From positions 3,931 to 67,930 of the forward strand of contig JAFRYG010000150.1 in assembly GCA_017441205.1 (NCBI GenBank): a stretch of DNA of 64,000 nucleotides, read 5' to 3'. Each line of letters opens with the position of its first letter. Position 1 is the first letter of the stretch. Source of the DNA: Pseudomonadota bacterium. Lineage in GTDB: Bacteria > Myxococcota_A > Bradymonadia > UBA4248. Shown in pieces: positions 9,679-21,600 of the stretch. The notes beneath the pieces were generated by a model. The model was not told the DNA's origin, searched no databases, and saw only the letters and a program-made list of their open reading frames with translations. Position numbers and translations under genes: made by a program.

Positions 9679-12600
9679 TCAACCAAGATTGGCCAGAGCT
9701 TCTTTTGTCGGCTCATGATTGGGATCGACACTGAGTGCACGATTGAACATGTCCTTCGCGCGTTTCGGATCGTTCGTCTTCACGCGGAGCATGCCAAGGT
9801 AATAGAAGATCTTCGTCTTGACTGCCTTATCCTTGATGTTCATCTGTTGGAGCAGAAGCGACGTCATGGTCTTGAGACCGTTCTCATAGTCCCCGACTTC
9901 ATAAAGCAGGATGCCGAGTTCAAGGTTATTGGGGATGTTGTTCTTGTCGATGGCACTGGCCGCTTCAAAGGCCTGGCGTGCACCAGCAACATCGCCGTTC
10001 AGCTTGAGGATCCTGCCCTTAAGGCTATAGAACGGAGGCAGCCGCTTGTTCTGTTTTGCCGCACTGAGATTTTCAATAATGGTATTGAGAACCTGTGTCG
10101 CCTGTTCGGTCTGATTACATTTGATGTAGGCATTGACGAGTCTTTCGCCCAAATCAATATCATCCGGACGCGAAGCATAAACTTTAGCCAGGGCGGCAGT
10201 TGCCATCGGTGCACAATCTGCATCAGTATCGGCAACATCGGCGATTTCGAGCAGAATCTTGTTCCTGGCCTCATCATCCGTCTGATTGTCAGCACGAATG
10301 TTGAGGAGTTCAATCTGCCTTGATGTATTGTTGGCATTCTTTGCGATATCAAGCAACGCATCGAGAGCCTGCTCGTTTTTCGGATTGCATCTGAGCGCAG
10401 CATTGTAGTTCTCTTCGATCTGAGAAACATCCCAGTTGGCGGTCTTGAGCAATCTGGCGAGATGGCAGTGAAGCTCAGATTTGTCTTCATCGGTCTGGAG
10501 GCATGAGAGTTTGTGATTCAGCATACCCATGGCGAGATCGAAGGATTTCTGCTGCTCATAGATTTCGATGAGTGAATCAATTGCCTCAAGATTACCCGGC
10601 TGTGCCTGAATAACTTCCGTCAGGGATTCAATGGCCTTGTCGGGATCGCCAAGGTGAGTTGCCGCAAGTTTTGCAATACGGATATTGAATGACAAAACAG
10701 CATCCTCGGTCGTGGCTTTTTCTTTCTGTTCCTTCAGGAGTTCGAAGAGTTCCTCGAAGTTTCCGTTGCGGGAATAGATGTCATCCAGTGCATTAAATGC
10801 TTCCACACTCGAAGGATCATCTGCGAGTGCTTCTTTGAGCAGATCGATTGCCTGCAGATCGTCATTGAAGTTGGCAGCCGCAATGTGTGCACGTTTAATG
10901 CGGATGGCAGCTTTCTGTTTTGGATCGTCAGCATCATCGATTTGTGCCAGATAGAGGTCATCGAGGTCCTGATACTGTTCGTGTTTCACGAAGATGTTTT
11001 CGAGTGCGCTGTAAATCTGCGGATCGTGCCTGATTTCCAGTGCACTGCGATAGGCATCAATGGCTGCAGCAGGATCATTGAGCTTGACCTCATTGGTCTG
11101 AGCAATCTTCATCAAAACATCCAGTTTGTCGGAATCTTCACTCAGGGTCAGCAGCTTCTTATTGAGGAGATCGACATATTTATCGAAAGCTCCGGCTTCG
11201 GAATACAGAACGAGCAGAGGATCAATGGCATCAACCGCACGATCATCAATTTCAATGATGCGTTCCAGGAATCCCATACCGCGTTCGTTCTGGCCGAGCG
11301 TATTCAGGGCAAGATCTGCACATTGATAGAGAACCATCTTCTGATCCGAAGCGACGAATGTCAGATCGGCAACGCGCGATTTGATATTGAGCAGATTCTC
11401 GTTATCTCCCTGTTTTGCATAAATACTTTCCAGTGCATGGAGGGCATCCAGATTTTCGGGATCGATCTCGATGATTGCATTGAGGGCGACTTTCGCATCC
11501 TCATAGTTCTCGAGATGTTCAGCCAGCACGTGAGCCTGTTTGGCATAGAGGACGAGTTTCTCGGAATCATCCGAAGCAGCCTCAATTGCTTTTCCATACG
11601 CCTGAGCAAGTTCATTCCAAAGCCCGAGTTCTTCTGCAATTTTTTCGATGGCAGTAAGGACTTCCGTATCCGAAGGATCCTTCGAAAGAGCTTTGACGTA
11701 AGTCGCAAATGCAGCCCTGTTGTCGTTCAGAACCTCGAGTTCGAGTTTTGCAATCTGCTTGAGCAGCATCAGAGCATCCGACGGATCTTCCGTCATATCG
11801 ACCTTGGCCTGAAGCAGTTCGACGAGCTTCCGGTTTTCACCGGTCTTCGTGTAGTAAGGCTCGAGGAATTCGGCAATATCGAGCGTAAGTTCTTTGTGAC
11901 AAAGCAGTTTTTCGAGTGCATGGAGTGCATTCTCATTATCCGCTTCTTCCCAGAGAATCTGTTTGAGCAGTTCGAGTGCGGCTGCAGGCTCTGATTCGAG
12001 TTTGAGCTCCACGAGTTCAAACCGGATTTCGTTGAGGGGCTGAGCACCGGCTTCAACCCTGCGCTGCAGAATAGAAGCGAGTTTTTCCTTTTGATTCGTC
12101 TGTTTGTAGAGACGATGGAGATTCTCAAGCGCACTTTCGTGGAGCGGATCAACATCCATCACGCGTTCAAACTGGACGATCGTCTTATCCGTATCATTCA
12201 GATTCTGCTCATAGTAACGGGCAGCAATGAGTGAGAGCTTGACGGTTGCATCCGGATCATTGGCTTCGCCAATCACCTTCTCACAGAGCTCAGTCATCTT
12301 CCCGTAGCACTCGTGATGCGCAGTCACCTTCTCAGCGAGTTCGATGATTTCATCATCCGTGGGTGAAGCGAGCAGAGCCGAAACGATAAATCCAAGGGCT
12401 TTGTCGGCATCATTGAGCTTTTCGTCGGCAACATTCGCAGCATCCAGATAGAGCGAACGTTTTTCAAAATCGTCTGACGAAACCTGAATCTGACGCTCAC
12501 ACAGGCCAACATACTCAGCATCCTTCTGACAATTCTTATAAATCGGCATCAGGAACGATGCGATTTCGCCGACAAGTCCATCATTGGCCAGCAATTTGTT

Positions 12601-15600
12601 GAGCAAATCAATGGCATCCTGGTTGGATTCATCGTCCTGCAGAATGGCATGAAGGACTTCGATGGCTCTTGCATTGTCATTCAAATCATCGATGAGAATA
12701 TTCGCCATCTTGAGTTCGGTATTGTGCTTGAGATCGGAATCTTCATGTTTTCCGGCATAATCAGCCTTATTCTGGAGGATTTCGAGCAAATCATCATACC
12801 GTTTGGTTTCTCCGTAAAGCTCTTCGAGTGCATTCAGTATTTCGAGATTATCCGGATTCTCATTCAGAGCCTGGACGTAATTCTCGATTGCGCTGTCCAC
12901 ATCATTGAGTTTGTTGCAATAAACACAAGCGACCTTCACCCCCAGAGCGACTCTGGAATCGGAATCTGTTGCCGCATCAATCTTGCGTTTGTAAATGAGA
13001 ATAAGTTCATTCCAGTTCTCAGTCTTCTGATAGAGCAGTTCAAGTGCATCGAGAGCGACCTGATCCTCTGCATCAAGATCGAGAATGGACTGATAGGTCT
13101 GAATTGCAGCATCAACCTGATTGAGCGATTTTTCCTGAAGTTCCGCAATCTGATAGTAAAGATCCTTCTGATCGATCATATTGGATGCATTCTCAGCATG
13201 TTTCTTCAGAACGACCACGCGTTTTTCATGCTGCGCAGTTCTGGCATAAAGATCTTCCAGAGCACAGATTGCATTCATGTGGAATTCATCCAGTTTCAGA
13301 ATTGCCTCGTAGCACTCCGAAGCCTTCTCCAAATCGTTCAGGCTGTCTTTCTGAATTTGTGCAAGCCGTTCATACAGAGCAACTTTCTCGACATCATCAT
13401 CACAGGTCTGAATGGCCTGTTCATAGACACCGGCCAAAATGGCATCATTCTCAAGCTCCGGAGAAATCTCTTCGAGCTTGCAGCGAGCATCGGCCATATT
13501 GGGATCCATGACGAAGGCTTTTGCATAAGTATCAAAAGCACGTCTGTGATGTGAATCATGCGCTTCATAGATTGCAGCCTGCCGCATGTAGAGATTGACT
13601 TTATCCATAGGATCGTCTGCGACTTCGATCATGACATCCAGAACTCGTGCGAGCTTATTCCATTCATCATCCGAATAAAGCGGCTCGAGCATAGTGGCCA
13701 TATTCTTGCGGAGTTCGACATTTTCTTCCGTCGCATCCGTCGCGCTGAGCATCTTCTCGACCGCGCGTTTGCAGGCAGTCGACGAAGGCTGAATGGAAAG
13801 CGCATTTCCGAGAACTTCGATGGCTTCTTCTGTCTTGTGAAGTTCGCGGAAAAGAACCACCCCCAGCTTATGCATGTATTCAACACGAGCATCATCGCTT
13901 GCCGCATAATCGCTCTGCTGACGATAGAATTCGGCGAGTTCATTGAATTGCTCAGTCTTCTTGTACAGGCGTTCAAGAGCCGCAGCTGCACTCGATGAAT
14001 TCTGATCGATTTCGAGCATCTGCTGATAGGTCTTGCATGCAGCCATATCATCATGTTCGAACTCTTCCTGGAGCGTCGCGATGCGCAGCATAAGACCAAG
14101 CTTTTCGTCCTGATCCTGCATGATTTCGGATTTCTGGATCCACAGCCCGAGCAGAGCCTTATAATCGCGTTTCACAGCATAAGACCATTCCAGGATGTCG
14201 TATGCTTCTGCTTCTTCGGGCTCTTCCGCAATCATCTGCCGGCAAAGTTCGCGGGCCTTGTCATGATTGTCGAGACGCTCTGCAAGCAGTTTTGCCAAAG
14301 AAATCATGAACACGCGCTTGTCGTTGTAATCATCGACGAGGTTCTTTTCCAGAACCTGCGTGTAGAGATCAGCCCAAACCTGAAGCTCACCAGTCTGCGC
14401 AGCCAATGCTTCGACTTTTGCCTGGACATTCGAATCCGTCGGCTGCAGCAGGAGAATCCGTCCATAGGTCTCGAGAGCCTTCGATTTGTCCGAAAGATTC
14501 TGCAGCCAGGTCTTCGCAATTTCATCGAGGATCTGGGCCTTCGAGAACTCATCTTCTTCGTGTTCGGCACGAACTTCCAGAGAATGAATGAGTTTATGCC
14601 AATCATTGCCAGCCTGATACAAAGGTTCGAGTATTTCAGCAATCGACGAAACACTGACACCCTTTTCAAAGAGCTCTTCCAGATACGCACGGGCATCGGC
14701 ATGTTCAGAGTTCTCATGGATGATTTCCTGCAGCGTCTGAATTGCTTCATAATCATCGTTGAGCTTTTCATTCTGGATCCTGGCAAGTTTGAATTTAAGA
14801 TCGAGTTTTGATGACTCTTCTGTGGCATCATCGATCTCCGAACGCAGAAGATTGCTCAAATCGTCCCACATCTCCTGCTTTTCATAAATCACATAGAGAT
14901 CATCCTTGGCCTTTGTCTGGCTGCGATCTGTCTCGATAATGCGCTGATAGGTTGCAATTGCATCATCGTGATTGCCGCACAGGGATTCCTGAATTTCTGC
15001 CACGCGGTACAACAGCGGAATCTGCTTATCGCCATCCATTTCGGCATCCAGTTTTGCTTCGAGAATGCCAAGCAAATCGTTCCAGGATTCGCGTTTGGTA
15101 TAAATACCATCCAAAGCATCCAGGGCATGGGCATCATCGGCCTGAACCTCAAGTGTCGCTTTATAATAGGTTTCCGCCTGAGCCTCATCCTCCAGATGAT
15201 CCTTCAGCATATCGGCGATCTTATTATTGAAGGAGACCTGAAGTTCTGCATCGTAGACATTGCCCACAACATCCTTGTACACACCGACCAGTTCAGCTTT
15301 ATTGTTGAGAATCTCAGACAGGTTCTCGATCTGTTCGATATAATCAGGTTCCTGGCTCAGTTTAACGATGCGGGCATAATCCTTGAATGCAGCCTCATAA
15401 TTCGAAAGCTTATCCTGATGAATGCCGGCAATTCTCTTAAGAAGGTCAACCTGGGCGAAGGGATCTGACTCATCAGAGAGCTGAATCTCGAGGATATCAG
15501 CCAGCTTCTCACTCTGTTCCGTGCGCTCATAAACAGTCTCAAGTACGCGCGATGCATCCAGACGATAATCCTCATTCCCGAGCAGTCCGCGCAGAGCTTC

Positions 15601-18600
15601 AAGTGCTCCAGCGTGTTCAGGATGACGTTCGAGAATCGATTTGTAATAATCGATGGCCTGCTCAACCGAATCGAGTTTGTTCTGATAGACCTGACCGAGG
15701 CGATATTCAATGGCATCCGCATTGTCAGCATCGGAATTGAGCGCCAGTTTCTTCTGCAGGATATCCGTCAAATCATCGTAACTTTCCATGCTCAGATAGA
15801 GGCGATCCAATGCATCCAGCGCCTCTTTGTCTTCCGGATAAATATCGAGGATCTGAACATAGTTCTGAATTGCATCATCCTTATGATCGAGTCGTTCTTC
15901 CTGGATATTGGCCATTTTCCAGAGAAGACTGCGTTTCTCATCATTATCTGTGGCGAGCTGCAGTTTAACGCCATAATTCTCCGAAAGATTCTCCCAGTCT
16001 TCCGTCTGTGAGTAGAGAGATTCCAGAGAATTCAGTGCATCGCGATCATCCGAAACATTGTCGAGAATTTCGCGATAGCACTCGATCGCGGACTTCACAT
16101 CACCAATGCAGTCATTGCTGATCGTTGCCATCTTGCGCAGAATCTCGACTTTTTCATCACCATTGCCAAGATCTGCTTTTCGTTTAAGAATTCCAATGAG
16201 TTCCGGCCATTTCTGCTCGTTCGTATAGAGCGTTTCGAGTGCATTCAGCGTCGAAGCATCCATATCGTCAATTTCGAGCATCTTGCGATAAGCCTCAATG
16301 GCATGTTCAGAATCGTGAAGCTCATCTTCATAAATACCGGCCATTCTCTTGAGCAATGAAACCGAGAGCATTTCATCTTCAACCGATTGCAGGCATCCTT
16401 CATAAAGATGAATGATCTCTTCCGGCTGCTCAAGTTTAAGGGCAAGGGATTCAAAATCAGCCCGCAGCGATTCATCCGAAACATCGAGCTTCAGCGCATC
16501 CTTCAGTGCATCGAATGCACCTCTGTCATCATTGAGATCTTTCTGAAGAATTCCAGCAATGCGGCGATTGAGCTCAACTTTTTCATAGTTGTCATCGCAG
16601 TCCGCCAGCTTGATGCGCAAAAGCGAAATCAGCTCGGACATGCTCGATTTTTCGACATAAATCGGTTCCAGAAGCTCGCAGATCGAAGCGCGATATTCTG
16701 CCGCATTCTCATCCTCAACCGAAACGAGCTTCCGCAGAAGTGCATCAGCTGACGCAATGACTTCATCATCGCGTTTAACTTCGAGAATCGCACGATAGCA
16801 CTCAATCGCACCCTCATAATTCGCCAGATGTTCCGTATAAACCCCGGCCAGTTTGCTGCGAATGGCTTCCACGCGGTCAGAGTCCGAATAGATATTGAGC
16901 TCATCTTCATACAACGAGGCCAGTTCGTTCCACTTCTCATTCGACGAATACAGACGTTCCAGAGCATTCAAAGCCTCTTCGCGAGTAGAATCGATTTCGA
17001 GCACTGCACGGAAAATGCGGATCGCATCTTCGGGCTTCTCGAGGATATCCTCATAAATCTGGGCAGCTTCGAGGTGAATGCGAATGCGTTCATCGTCCGA
17101 GAAATCCGAAAGTTCCGTCTCAAACTCGTAGAGTTTAACGAGCTTCTCAAACATTGACGCGGATTTATAGAGTTTTTCAAGGTGCTGGATGGGTTCGATC
17201 TTCTCGGGTTCATGCGCATGCAGCTGTTCCCACAGCACGATGCTGTCGTCCTCTTTGCCGAGTTTTTCTTCGACGATCAGGGCACGGCGGCGCAGCAGCT
17301 CATAACGCCAGTCATCGTTAAACTCTTCATCCAGCGGAACATCGGCATAAAGCGCACTGATCTGCTCCCACTTCGAAACATCATTCGCGCCTTCTGCGAG
17401 CATCGCCAGATTGTCCCAGACTCTTTCATCATCCGGAGTCAGCATGAACAGACGGACAGAAACATCAAATGCCGCAACATCATCATGAAGGACATCATGA
17501 CGAATATCGAATATCTGCCAGAGAACGGGGACTTTTTCTGCCTTATCCAGCGATTTAAGCCGGATTTCAAGAGCTTCGCACTGTTTGGCATGAGAACCAG
17601 CCTGTTCGTACACAGGTTCGAGAATCTGGGCAATCCGTCCGGGTTCCGTTCCTCCGCGAACCAGTTCCTCGAGAGTAGCTATCGTGCGTACATGCCCCGG
17701 ATCCTCATTCAGAATGGAGGCATACAGCTGAATTGCATCATCCGTCTGTCCCAGGTGCGTACGTTCTATTTCTGCCAGTTCAAACATGAGCTCGAGGCGT
17801 CCATCAGACTCAAGTTCCTGTTCACGTTTGAGAATTTCAACGAGTTTCGGCCAATTCTCCGTCGTATCATAAATCGATTTCAGGCCGCGAAGGGCATCCA
17901 GATTTGAACTGTCGATATCGAGAATGCGCTGATACGATTTTTCAGCTTCATCCAGCTGTGTAAGCTGCGTCGTAAGCAGATTCGCGCGTTTGAATGAAAG
18001 ATTGATGATCTCGGAATCATCCTCCGTCAGACCAAGTTTCCGGTCGACGGCTGCCAGCAGTTTATCCCAGCTGCAGGACTGCTCATACAGTTCACAGAGT
18101 GCATTGATTGCCTCAAGATCCCGTTCGTCTGCGTTCAGGCAGTATTCCCAGCTTGCGATGGCATCTTCAGTCTTCGAAAGCTTCTGCTGACACGTGCGCG
18201 CAAGTACACGATGAACGCCCAGGCGGGACGTATCATCCAGTTCCCCGGATTTGACCAGACCGCCATAAACATCGCCAAGGAGCGCATAGGATTCGCTCTT
18301 GTCCACGAGCGATTCAAAATGCTCGCGCAAATCTCCGCGATTGGGAGCAAGTGCAACGGCCTTGGCATACCAGTTCACCGCACACTCAATATTGCCGAGA
18401 CTCTCTTCGTACAGATTCGCGATCTGAACATGCATGGCGATCTTTTCTTCCATGTTGGAAGTCCATGCAATAATGATCTGGATCGCATCGATCGCCTTGG
18501 CATGATCCCCGCGTTCCATATAGAATTCCAGCAGCCGCTTTGCCGTCTTTTCATGCGTCGGATCCACTTCGAGAATCTTCTCGTAGGCAGCAACCGCCAT

Positions 18601-21600
18601 ATCCCTGTCGTTCAAATGTTCCAGGGCAACCTTCGCCTGACGTTCGTACAGATCGATCTGGGTATCCACATTGTCGAGATCACCAGCTGTCAAATCGAGC
18701 AGTTCATACAGCTCTGCGGCTTTTCCCTGTTCAAGATACAGCTCAATGAGTGCATCCCATTCTTCTGCATCCCGATGAAGCTGAGTCAGCTGTTCGAGAG
18801 CCTGGTCCCTGCCCTCATCCATTCCGAGCATCTGATGAAGTGTATCCAGACCCTTGTCGCGCTGATCGAGATGCGTCAGATACAGATTCGCAATCTTCTC
18901 CATGTTGTCGACGCGCTCTGATTCGCTGTGCGAACATGTCAGGGCTCTCTCATACACACTCTTCAGTGCTTCATAATTGCCCTGTTTGCCGTACAGACGC
19001 GTGAGTTCTTCGAGCGCTTCACTGGGATCCTCAAGCACTTTGCTCATATTCTCCCAGCTATCGATGGCTTTCTCGACGCTGTGAAGATGCTCTTCAGCTA
19101 TCTCCGCCTGATTCTTCAAAAGCGAAACTTTTTCGGCATTATCCGCAACATCGACTTCCTTGCTGATTATCTCGTAAAGATTTGCCCAATTGTTGCGCTG
19201 CTCATAAGCCTCATGAAGCTTACAGAGCGCATGGCGCTGCGTCGGATCAATTTCAACAACTTTGGTCAGCGGCTCAATCGCTCTCGTCGCATTGCCAAGA
19301 CTGTCACTCCACAGGTTGGCGATCCGGTAGTAAATCTCAACCGCCGTTTCCTTGTCTGTCGTCGTTTCCGCCTTCTGCGTCAGAATCTTGAGCAGATCAT
19401 TCCAGCGCTTCGAGGCTTCATATCGCTCGATCAGTGCATTCACGGCTTCCATATTCTCGGGATCTATCTCGAGAATCTGATGGTATGCCTTGATAACCTG
19501 ATTGTCGTTGTGCTGCTGTTCATCGTAGATCTTGATGCACTTTCTGAGTACTTCAATTCTGGCATCCTTCTGATCCGGTTCGAGCGCTTCAAAATCATTC
19601 TTATAAATCTCAAGCAGTCCCTGCCATTTTTGCATGCGCTGATACAGACCAATCAGTTCTTCTCGCGCAACATCAACAAACTGGCCTTCCTTGAGCATCT
19701 GCTTCCAGATGTTCTCGGCCTTGTTCGGATTGTTCAGCTTGTTTTCGCTGACATCTGCGATCTGACGCAGAACATTCAGCTCCCGGTAGCTGCCCGCCAC
19801 TGCAACTTTCAATGTCTGCAGAGTGCTCAGCACGCGCTGCCAGTCGCCTGCCGATTCATAATACCGACAATAAAAACGCAGCATCCGGCAGTTCTTGGGC
19901 TCGGCAAGTTTAATGCGTCTGAACTGTTCTTCGGCATCCCTCAGCGAATCGAGACGATCGCAATAGATGTGCGCCAGATCCAGCATCATCGGGACTTCTT
20001 CCGGCGTTCTTCTGATCTTCTTGAGAACTTCCACCATGCTGGCAGTCAGTGTCTGAAGCTCACTCCTGTCTTTGCCGGCGAGAATGGCTTTTGCCTTATA
20101 GGCTGCTCTGTCTTCACCTTCTGCGATCGGCGTGGCGATTTCGACAGCCTCATCCCGGCGCTCAAGATGAAGATCCAGCACGTCGGCACGATCAGCAGAC
20201 AATATTCGCTTCGATGATTCTTCCGGAAGTTTGGATACCAATGCTGCCAGAGTCGCATCCAGCGGCTCGTAACTGCCCACCTCTTCGAGAGCATCACACA
20301 GCGGCCAGGCTTCATCAATTTCCGAAATCAGGTCACACGCTTTTGCTGCGACATCACCGATGGAATCTTTCTGTTCCAAATCTGCAAGACGATAGATCGT
20401 TTCGCAGCATTCCAGAATAGAATTCACATTATCACTATTCACCAATGTTCTGGCGGCTTCAGTTTTAACTTCATCCACCTTCCTGGGGGCTTCTGCAGGC
20501 TTAGCCTCTGCTGCTGCTTTAGCTTCTGCGGCTGCCTTGGCTTCTTCTGCAGCCTTCGCCTCTGCCGCTGCTTTAGCTTCTTCTGCTGCTCTGGCTTCTT
20601 CCGCGGCCTTCGCTTCTTCCGCGGCCTTCGCTTCTGCTGCTGCTCTGGCTTCTTCTGCGGCCTTCGCTTCTTCCGCGGCCTTCGCTTCTTCCGCGGCCTT
20701 CGCTTCTTCTGCTGCCTTCGCTTCTGCTGCAACTCTGGCTTCTTCCGCGGCCTTCGCTTCTTCCGCGGCTCTGGCTTCTTCCGCAGCCTTCGCTTCTGCT
20801 GCAGCTCTGGCTTCTTCTGCGGCCTTCGCCTCTGCTGCGGCTCTGGCTTCTTCCGCGGCCTTCGCTTCTGCTGCAGCTCTGGCTTCTTCTGCGGCCTTCG
20901 CTTCTGCTGCGGCTCTGGCTTCTTCCGCGGCCTTCGCTTCTTCCGCGGCCTTCGCTTCTTCCGCGGCCTTCGCTTCTTCTGCAGCCTTCGCTTCTGCTGC
21001 AGCTCTGGCTTCTTCTGCGGCCTTCGCCTCTTCCGCGGCCTTCGCTTCTTCTGCAGCCTTCGCTTCTTCCGCGGCCTTCGCTTCTTCTGCAGCCTTCGCT
21101 TCCTTCTCTGCCTTGGCTTCAGCGGCGGCCGTAATCTTTGCTACAAATTTTTCTACCGCTTCGTTGTCAATCGCACGCGCCTTGGCCTCAAACTCTTCGG
21201 CCTTGGCCATATCGCCAATATCGTTCCTGCACAGCAGGCTGAGCATCATGAGCAGTTCTGCCTTACGCGAATCAGAATCCGTATGCTTCAGTTCAAGCTG
21301 CAGCAACTTGACCACCATCTTGAAGTTGCCATTGACGCGATAAATGCGCCTTGCCGCATCAAAACTCTCCGCTCGCCCGATCCACGCCTTGACCGCCATC
21401 TGGTAGGCCGTAATAGCCTCATCCGGTCGCTGAATTTTGCGCTCATATATCTGGCCACAATAATGCAGGAGCAAGCTCTTCTTAACTGCATCATCCTCAT
21501 TGTCTGCAGCCATCATCAGGGTCGAAACGACCCCCGGCCAGTCTGCAAATTCAGGATTATCATCATGCAATTTAATCAGTTTCTTCCACTGACGTTTCTC

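Noticed and set aside
18928-20217. 429-aa plus-strand ORF inside the giant TPR gene.
   Set aside because: It is antisense to a 12-kb uninterrupted, RBS-led ORF with clear TPR periodicity. It has low-complexity composition, no RBS and no recognisable motifs.
20490-21140. Possible CRISPR array (regular short direct repeats).
   Set aside because: The repeats are contiguous 15-bp coding units with no spacers, in frame within a long ORF. There are no cas genes.
20537-21343. 268-aa poly-Ala/Ser ORF (ASSAAFASAAALASS...).
   Set aside because: It is the antisense reading of the (AEEAK)n DNA tandem repeat of the TPR gene. It is a compositional artefact.
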